Assembly (NCBI GenBank): GCA_051294375.1
Contig: JBJCIZ010000064.1
Coordinates: 1 to 6,258, forward strand
Source of the DNA: Paraspadella gotoi
Taxonomy: Eukaryota > Animalia > Chaetognatha
DNA: 6,258 nt
Reading direction: 5' to 3'
Made by a program: the position numbers and the translations under genes. Positions 1-6,258 of the stretch are shown piece after piece (the first letter of the stretch is position 1; every line of letters starts with the position of its first letter). A model generated the notes under the pieces. The model was given only the letters and a program-made list of their open reading frames with translations, did no database searches and had not been told where the DNA came from.

Positions 1-34
1 TCGGGATCTGCTGATAAGCAGATCCGACTAAAAA
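1..34 (-). mobile_element. 5' terminus of HINE/DINE-1-like (non-autonomous Helentron) family-1 element; body lies left of the window
   Basis: The reverse complement tttttagtcggatctgcttatcagcagatcccga nearly matches 4192-4226 and the start of 2331-2359. It is a T-run followed by a subterminal inverted-repeat hairpin. Confidence 0.75.
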
Positions 35-596
35 TCGTTGACGAAAACATTTCAAAACTTTGTTAAATCTCTATACTCAACGAAGCCGAAAGGATTAACA
101 CAAAGGGAAAAACAAAAAATGTCACTTAAAAATGCCGAGAATTCGGTTTTTTAAACATCAATAATTTGAAAAGTATTTTTTGGATTTTTAAAAATAAAGT
201 ATGTAAAATGAAGTATTTTTTACGATCTTTAAGTTTTTAAGATATCTATCATTTTTAATGAATAAAAAACGTTTTTTTGCAAATTTTGAAGAGTTGCAAG
301 CACCTATTGATCGATTTTTCAAAAAAGAAAGATGGAAAAAAATTAGTAGCATATAGGGGGCTAATTTGTACTATAGGGCTAAATTCTGTAAAAAAGTTTG
401 AAAAATTTGCAAAGGCCTAATATGTATTGTATTTTGATTCTAGTTCATTGAATACCAATCGAAAACTTAAAAACAAGTGGTCCTTTTTATCCAATTGAAA
501 CAGTTAAAAGATAATTGTATAACACAGAGAGTCACAGCTTTCAGGGTCTTGATCATCTCACTTCCCCCCCCCACCCCCTTTCACATCCCTCGCCAG

Positions 597-753
597 GTCT
601 CGATCCCCGATTCAACGCCGGCTACGGAACTCCGGCGCCCAATGCCTACAAAGTCATCGAATCCTTCGCCGACGTCAACAAACCGCGGCGTCCCGGCGCC
701 AGGACCAAAGAGGGCACGGATAGACAGGCCTCCTTCGTTTCTTACGCGAAAAG
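597..753 (+). CDS. Internal coding exon of a SHIPPO-repeat (PG-rich, ODF3/STPG family; STPG2-like) ciliary/sperm-tail protein
   Basis: Pyrimidine tract and CAG acceptor end at 596 (phase 1). The GC-rich exon encodes xLDPRFNAGYGTPAPNAYKVIESFADVNKPRRPGARTKEGTDRQASFVSYAK(R). RF...TPAPNAY fits the SHIPPO repeat pattern. It ends at AAG|GCGAGA (GC donor, phase 2). Upstream exons are not visible in the window. Confidence 0.85.
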
Positions 754-1117
754 GCGAGATTTGGGGGCGCTACTGGGCGATGGCGTTGACGCCGATGGAA
801 CTGCCGTTAGTGGCGTTGACGCTAATTGACGCCCATGGCATTGACGTTAGTGGCGTTGACGCTAATTGACGCCCATGGCATTGACGTTAGTGGGGTTGAC
901 GCTAATTGAGCGGTTCTTTAATCCTTAATTAAGGCTTCGCTGTTTTTGATGAGAAACGATTCTCCCCAATCACGTTCGCAATGTTCAAGAAAACCACAAT
1001 CAACAATATTCTCACAATCGCAACTAGACTCACAGCAATAATAAAAACAATGATGTCACGATCCCTTCTGCAACAATATAAGAAAAACAATCACTACATC
1101 ATTTCTCTCTTCTTCAG
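754..1117 (+). other. GC-AG intron (364 nt)
   Basis: Begins GCGAGA after exonic AAG and ends ttcttcag. Removing it restores both the reading frame and the repeat motif SYAKRFRD. Confidence 0.75.
781..909. repeat. 40-bp minisatellite in intron
   Basis: tggcgttgacgctaattgacgcccatggcattgacgttag occurs as identical copies at 811-850 and 851-890, with a partial copy at 891-909 and a 30-bp variant at 781-810. Confidence 0.95.
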
Positions 1118-1232
1118 ATTCCGAGATGTGATCAACAAAGTACCCGCACCCTGCACCTACGACCCTGCCTTCTGCATCTGTGGGCCCAAGGGACGATTCA
1201 TTGTGCATGATGAGAAGCTCAAGGGAAACCAG
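1118..1232 (+). CDS. Penultimate coding exon of the SHIPPO-repeat (STPG2-like) gene
   Basis: Acceptor tttctctcttcttcag|A at 1117/1118. The phase-2 join gives SFVSYAKRFRDVINKVPAPCTYDP, a complete F-x-S-x3-RF...P(G/A)P-x-x-Y repeat. It continues AFCICGPKGRFIVHDEKLKGNQ to a CAG|GTCTGT donor (phase 0). Confidence 0.88.
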
Positions 1233-1694
1233 GTCTGTGGCGGTGGGAGGGGCAAAGATGAGAAGAGAGAGAGAGAGGATGAAGGAAGAGAGAGAGAGAG
1301 GAGGAATGAGGAGAGAGAGAGAGAGAGGATGAGGAGAGATAGAGAGAGGGAGGGAGGATGAGGAAGAGAGAGAGAAGAAGGGAGGGAGGATGAGGAAGAG
1401 AGAAGAGGAAGGGAGGATTGAGGAGAGAGAGAAATGGAGGAGGGAGGATAAGGAGAGAGAGAATGAGGGAGGGAGGATGAAGGAAGAAGAGAGAATGAGG
1501 GAAGGGAAGGAATGAGGAGAGAGAGAATGAGGGAAGGGAGGATGAGGAAAGAGAGAGAAGGAGAAAGAGAAAAAGAGAGAGGAGAAAGAGAGAGAGAAAT
1601 AGAGAGAGAGAAAGCAAGAGAGTTCTTCCAATTACCAGCCTCTTTTTCAATTCTTACTACACTGTTCCATTCTACCCATTCTACCCAATTCCAG
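1233..1694 (+). other. GT-AG intron (462 nt)
   Basis: GTCTGT donor and pyrimidine-rich region ending ttccag; phase 0 on both sides; mostly filled by a purine-rich simple repeat. Confidence 0.82.
1256..1622. repeat. Polypurine (GA/GGA/GAGGAT) low-complexity tract
   Basis: About 365 bp of almost only A and G on the + strand. It generates the spurious E/R-rich and S/L/F-rich ORFs. Confidence 0.97.
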
Positions 1695-1796
1695 AGAACT
1701 CCCGGCCCAGGCCCCTGTTATTATTGGCCAAAGAAGGGAAACGTCGCGCCGACGACGACCTTCAACGTGACTCTGGGCTACGGGTCCTCTAAGTGA
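1695..1796 (+). CDS. Terminal coding exon of the SHIPPO-repeat (STPG2-like) gene
   Basis: Acceptor aattccag|AGA at 1694/1695, phase 0, in frame with the previous exon. It encodes RTPGPGPCYYWPKKGNVAPTTTFNVTLGYGSSK* (TGA 1794-1796). PGPGPCYY is a PG-rich repeat. TFNVTL resembles my recollection of STPG2 C-termini (unverified). Confidence 0.85.
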   Translation, partial: RTPGPGPCYYWPKKGNVAPTTTFNVTLGYGSSK

Positions 1797-1910
1797 AGTG
1801 CCGGAAATTGTGGAAGGGGCGAAGTGCCGGAAATTGTGGAAGGGGCGAAGTGCCGGAAAGAGGAAGTAGGGGCAGAAATAAAAGACGTGCCGGAAATTAA
1901 GGAGGGGATA
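1795..1910 (+). repeat. 26-bp tandem repeat starting within the stop codon (3' UTR)
   Basis: gaagtgccggaaattgtggaaggggc is exact at 1795-1820 and 1821-1846, with diverged copies from 1847 and ~1887. Confidence 0.9.
1877..1882 (+). promoter_or_regulatory. Candidate polyadenylation signal AATAAA
   Basis: First AATAAA after the stop codon (~80 nt downstream); T-rich sequence follows at ~1923-1960. Confidence 0.45.
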
Positions 1911-2098
1911 CGGTGCGGGAATATTTTTTCAGAAGTGAAGGTTACATAATTTTTTTTCTAAAAAAGAAATATCTTTGTTTCGGTATTTTTTCATTTCAGA
2001 ACATTTTGAAGGCTTAGGATGAAGTGTTAAAGACGCACATTCTCTCTCTCTCTCTTCTGTCTTTTAATTTCCTAATTAGGAAAAGTCGTTTTCCGGTG

Positions 2099-2335
2099 TT
2101 TTTAATACCATTGGCTCAGAGGTGGAACACACCATCTCAGGCGTTGTGTTCCATCCACATTCCACACTCCACAGTCCTAACGACTTCCCACTGCGTTGGC
2201 AAAGCGAGACCGTCCTAGGGTAACCGCGCCAGTGACTGGATGTGTCACTGAGGGTCGGAAGCCTCCAAAGCCAACAGTGAGATGACTCATCCCAATGGGT
2301 ATCACCGGCAACCCGTCTGTTGTTCCGGTGTTTTT
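2099..2335 (+). mobile_element. Short non-autonomous Helentron-type (HINE) element, family 2, apparently complete
   Basis: T5 (2099-2103); 5' subTIR ATACCATTGG (2105-2114); 3' subTIR CCAATGGGTAT (2292-2302); stem-loop CACCGG-CAAC...GTTG-TT-CCGGTG (2303-2330); T5 (2331-2335). This is the same layout and ATACC(C)/GGGTAT subTIR core as Drosophila DINE-1. Confidence 0.7.
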
Positions 2336-3690
2336 AGTCGGATCTGCTTGTCAGCAGATAAACCACTTTGTCGTTCCCCCCCTAAATCTTGTCGGGCAAT
2401 CAATTAAATCATGTCAGAACATCATTGAAGGAAGTAGGCGTGGTTAATTGAGGAGAAATTAGAGAAGTTTTATAAACATTAAACACACGAGGAGATAACG
2501 ATAATTGATGGAGATTATGCAGAATAAACAGACAGTAAACAAATACAATAAAGTAGAATTTTGATGTTGAGTTCTTGAAGGTAAGTTGAAGAGTGATCTC
2601 GTTCCCTCTCCTCTTTCCCTGCCGTCGGTTTCCTGAGGGAAATCTCCTCTCTGATTGGTCAATCAGAAGAAAAGACGGAAAAGCCAAGAGAGGCAAACAA
2701 TTTGGTCTATCAGATCCATATACTGGTCCATTTCCTGCGATGTTACCCCCCCTCCTATTGTGAGACCTTCTCGTGTCATTGAGAACTGGTCGAGCATTCT
2801 TCTTAGCCACAGACTCTGTTTCTCCATCTGCTATGTCTGCATGATGACCCCTTGTCAAGCTTATAAGTCCACCTCAGGTGAGGAGTGAAAGGCTGTGGGT
2901 CAGTTGAGGTCCACGTATTGTCCAGTCTCCAGTGGCCATGCGTGACATGAGGGATTCACCCTGTCAAATCTGTTTGTATAAACATGTGGCTGTTTCTAAA
3001 ACTTTGTGAACGGATGTTGCTTGGTATACAAAGTTTGTGAATTTCGATGGATTGAAGGCGGTTTGATTTGGAGATTCATCAGTTTGGGGATAATTGTTAC
3101 AGAATCTGCTTGGTTGCTTTGTTCTTCCTCTTTATAATGCTGCTTGTAACTAAAGTTTTTAAGGCTTGTCACTTCAGTATTAAGTTTTCTCAGTTGGTTC
3201 TCAATGGAAAGAATTTTAGCCTCAAGCTTTGCACTGGGAAGAAACATGCCTACTTCCTTAAATGACATCAAATTATGATAAATTATTAAAAAAAAAATGT
3301 CCCTCCGTCCGTCCGTCCCACCTTAGCAAAAAACACCAATTACTAGTTATTGGATAGATGGATTGAAATGAAATTTTGTGTGTCGGTAGGGAAATGTGTG
3401 ATTGAGCTTGTTATAAAATTTCGATGGAATCGTGCGAGTGGAAATGAGTTTAAATGGAAAAAACATAAGTCACCTTTACTTAAATCTTTTTTCCTAATTT
3501 TAACCCAAAACTACTCTCATTAATCACAATTGGATGGATAGATTGAGATGAAATTTTGTGTGTGGGTAGAAAAGTGTGTGATGAAGCTGGATCTAAAGTT
3601 TCGATGGAATCGTGAGATTGGAAATGAGTTTTCATGGAAAAAACCAAAGTCAAGTTGACTTGAATTTTAATTATTTATGCTCCCTCATAA
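2331..3690 (+). mobile_element. HINE/DINE-1-like family-1 copy B, degraded, 3'-truncated and interrupted by a TIR element
   Basis: Starts tttttagtcggatctgc with a partly deleted hairpin. It is colinear with the 4192 copy (ttgtcgggca..atcatgtcagaacat|caaattatg). GTCC microsatellite at ~3298-3318; two ~180-bp-spaced internal repeat units at ~3350 and ~3530. The right boundary is approximate. Confidence 0.75.
2423..3264. mobile_element. 842-bp non-autonomous insertion with 20-bp TIRs and 4-bp TSD (ACAT); superfamily unassigned
   Basis: Left end CATTGAAGGAAGTAGGCGTG (2423-2442) versus reverse complement of right end CATTTAAGGAAGTAGGCATG (3245-3264): 18/20 identical. ACAT at 2419-2422 and 3265-3268. 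Empty site gtcagaACATcgaattatg in the sister copy at 4302-4305. Confidence 0.85.
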
Positions 3691-4403
3691 TTTTTTTAAT
3701 TAAATAATTTGTTTAAGTTGCTTCTGCTTTCAGACTTATTTTACAAATGGCGACGTTCGAGGTTTCAAAAGTTGTTTATTTATCAAAGTTAAAAACAGAC
3801 GAGGTTATATTATAATAGAGATGAGCATCGTTCGAATCGAAGCTCCGATCAAGTTCCTTTATATTTCACTTCTATTCAAAACTGCATAGTCAAGGCCAAA
3901 ACAAATTATGTCAATATGGGCAGATTTCGAAAGCTTGGCGTCTTGGGAAGCCAATGGAGGATAGAGCGCGATCAAAATTCCCATTTTATCATGCCCAAAA
4001 AATGGTATTTAAATGACTGGTCAGGCCGTTTTTTCACTATTCCAAGAAAACCTCCTGGCTCTTAAGTAAAAACAAATCATACATATTAGTACAGTTTCCG
4101 AAACCTTATTGTCTTCTCTACATGATGAAAAAAAGCAAAAATTAAAATTCTTGCAATCTTAATTGCTTGATAAAGCAATCAAATGAACTGGTTTTTAGTC
4201 GGATCTGCCTTATCAGCAGATCCCGACTCTATAACTCACTTTTTCGGTCGTCGTCGGTCCGCCCCTCAATATTGTCGGGCACACACTTATATCATGTCAG
4301 AACATCGAATTATGATTAATTATGCAAAAAAAAACGATGTCCGTCCGTCTGTCTGTCCGTTCCGTCCGTCCCACCTTAAGCAAAAATCTCCAATTACTCG
4401 TGA

Positions 4404-5812
4404 TTGGATGGATGGATTGGTATGAAATTTGTTGTGTGTGGGTAGGAAACTGTGTGATTGAGATGGGATATTGAAGTTTCGAGGGAATCGTGCGAGTGGA
4501 AATTGGTTTAAATGGAAAAAACAAAAAAATATATTTCACTATTTGAACGCCAATTGCTCATGAGTGGATAGGGGCAATTGACTTGAAATTTTGTATGATG
4601 GTAGGAAAGTGTGTGATTGAGCTGGATATAAAGTTTCGATGGAATCGTGCGATGTGGAAGTGAGTTATGGAAAAATTTATTTTGAATTTTTTTTAAAAGT
4701 TCTCTCTCTCTATTCTCTCCTGATTGATTGATTGATTGACCAAATTATGCCAATTGACAAAAATATGCCAGTTGACCAATTCTTAAAGTTGACCAAATTT
4801 TTGCCAGTTGACCAAATTCTGCAAGTTGATCAAGTTCTGCAAGTTGACCAAATTTATGCCTGTTGACCAAATTATGCCAGTTGACAAATTAGGCCAGTTA
4901 TAAAATTATGCCAGTTGACCAAATTATGCCGGTTGACCAAATTATCTTAATTGATCAAATTATGTCAGTTGACCAAATTATGTCAGTAGACCAAATTATG
5001 TCAGTTGACCAAATTTATGCAAGTTGATTAAATTATGCAAGTTTGACCAAGTTAGCTTATTACCACTTAATTATCGATTGAACTGGAATTTTGTATGTGA
5101 GTATAGAAAAGTGTGTGATTGAAACCGAAAACCAAGTTTAGATGGATCTTTTGAGTGGAAATGAGTTTAAATGGAAAAAAACAAAAAAACCTGTTTCACT
5201 AATTGATTATGATTCTTTTTTCCTTTTATATTAAATGTATATGCAGGATGTATTAATAAATCAAATAATTAATCAATAATTAATCAATAATTGATTAATC
5301 AGTCAATCAATCCGTCCATCCGCTCCCACCTGAGCAAAAAGCTCCAATAACTCGTGATTGCGCTGGTTGGATTGGAATGAATTTTTGTGTGTGGGTAGGA
5401 AAGCTGGATATAAAGTTTCGACGGAATCGTGTGAGTGAAATGAGTTAAGTGGAAAAAAAACATAATCGCATTTACTAAAATATTTTTACTTATTTCAACT
5501 AATAAGTACTCTAATTAATCATAATTGGATGGCATAGATTGAGTTCAAATTTTTTGTGTGGGTAGAAAAATGTTGTAACGACGCTTGATATAAAGTTTTC
5601 GGTGGAAACGTACGAGTGGAAATGAGTTTAAATGAAAAAAATATGAGCTCACATTTAACTTGAATATTTTTACTTTATTTTAACCCATAATAGCATTGAG
5701 ATTGAAATTTTGTGAGCGGGTAGAAAGTGTGTGAAGAAGCTAGATATAAAGTTTGACGGAATTGTGCCAGTGGAAATGAGGTTTAAATGTAAAAACATAG
5801 TCACATTTACTT
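4404..5812 (+). repeat. ~160-180-bp internal repeat units of HINE family 1 (6 copies here, 2 more at 3350-3660)
   Basis: Shared core gaaattttgtgtgtgggtaggaaagtgtgtgattgagctggatataaagtttcgatggaatcgtgcgagtggaaatgagtttaaatggaaaaaa, anchored at ~3370, 3550, 4424, 4585, 5086, 5379, 5546 and 5704. Confidence 0.92.
4735..5052. repeat. 19-20-bp minisatellite (gttgaccaaattatgcca), ~16 copies
   Basis: Directly visible diverged tandem copies, preceded by (GATT)4 and a (CT)n run. Confidence 0.95.
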
Positions 5813-5915
5813 AATCTTTATTATTTATGATTACTAATTTATGATTACTAATAAATGTTTTAAATTAATTTAATTAATTAATTAATGTGAAAAAATGATG
5901 TAATTTAAAAAAATT

Positions 5916-5967
5916 ATGCAAGTTGAAAAAATGATGCAAGCTGAAAAATGATGCAAGTTAAAAAAAT
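5916..5967. repeat. 17-18-bp tandem repeat (atgcaagttgaaaaaatg) x3
   Basis: atgcaag starts at 5916, 5934 and 5951. Confidence 0.8.
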
Positions 5968-5973
5968 CCTAAA

Positions 5974-6130
5974 AGCATAAGGATCGTCGCAATTGCAAAG
6001 AGAGAGAGAGAGAGCAGAAAAATGAGCATAAGGATCGTCGCAATTGCAAAGAGAGAAAGAGAGAGAGAGAGAGAGCAGAAAAATGAGCATAAGGATCGTT
6101 GCAATTGCAAAGAGAGAGAGAGAAAGAGAC
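5974..6130. repeat. Compound tandem repeat x3: agcataaggatcgtcgcaattgcaaa-(GA)n-gcagaaaaatg
   Basis: Units start at 5974, 6025 and 6086 (periods 51 and 61, differing in GA-run length). Confidence 0.93.
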
Positions 6131-6258
6131 ACAGAGTCCGAGATAAAAATTAGTGAATAAAAAAGTTGTTATTTTACTCACTGAATAAAAATACTTAAAA
6201 TACTTACTTTATGTATTTTACATAAAATTGATAAAATTATTTTTCTGATAACATTGTT

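Larger units (their letters stand above)
4192..5870 (+). mobile_element. HINE/DINE-1-like family-1 copy C with expanded internal repeats; 3' end not located (may extend past the window)
   Basis: T5 plus hairpin agtcggatctgc/gcagatcccgact (4197-4228); GTCY microsatellite at 4339-4371; six copies of the ~160-bp internal unit; a second GTCC-cccacc-agcaaaaa block at ~5311-5360. Confidence 0.78.

Noticed and set aside
477-869. ORFs 477-869 and 515-829 as stand-alone genes
   Set aside because: Both use non-ATG starts. Only 597-753 of the 515 frame is exon; the tails translate the intronic minisatellite.
981-1796. ORFs 981-1361, 1056-1631, 1219-1650 and 1512-1796 as complete proteins
   Set aside because: They are dominated by the stop-poor GA/TC tract; only 1118-1232 and 1695-1796 look coding.
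2105-2330. Hammerhead, HDV-like, twister or hairpin ribozyme; tRNA, SRP or RNase P RNA
   Set aside because: No CUGANGA/GAAA core, HDV nested pseudoknot, full cloverleaf or SRP helix-8 motif could be assembled by eye on either strand.
2412-2756. LTR on the minus strand following a polypurine tract (AGGAGGGGGGG)
   Set aside because: There is no proper TG start and no second LTR. The apparent TGACA end lies in HINE sequence outside the TIR-defined insertion.
3720-4140. tRNA/SINE (GTTCGAATC at ~3830) or MITE fragment
   Set aside because: No A box, cloverleaf, termini or TSD found. It may be old transposon debris, as may ~40-500, but I cannot support that from the sequence.
4735-6130. CRISPR-like arrays
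   Set aside because: Eukaryotic context, no unique spacers (units are contiguous or separated by GA microsatellite) and no cas genes.
4183-6181. Short ORFs 4183-4425, 4297-4539, 5914-6132 and 5969-6181 (likewise 2024-2218, 2409-2858, 2459-2662, 2655-2888, 3068-3265)
   Set aside because: They lie within or cross repeat and transposon boundaries and contain no recognisable domain.

Overview
AT-rich, repeat-rich eukaryotic (probably invertebrate) genomic DNA. The left third holds the last three coding exons (597-753, 1118-1232, 1695-1796, + strand) of a SHIPPO/PG-rich-repeat ciliary or sperm-tail protein, probably STPG2-like. The ORF track does not show this gene as one ORF; it reads through only if intron 754-1117 uses a non-canonical GC donor. 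Most of the rest is a nest of non-autonomous Helentron-type (HINE/DINE-1-like) elements. Family 1 has three copies (1-34 on the minus strand, ~2331-3690, 4192 to the window end). A compact, apparently complete and highly self-complementary ~237-bp family-2 element (2099-2335) sits head-to-tail between a 3'-end remnant and a family-1 copy. One family-1 copy is interrupted by an 842-bp element with 20-bp TIRs and a 4-bp ACAT TSD, and its empty site is visible in the sister copy. Several mini- and microsatellites account for most of the remaining ORFs. All calls come from reading the sequence by eye; no searches or folding programs were run.
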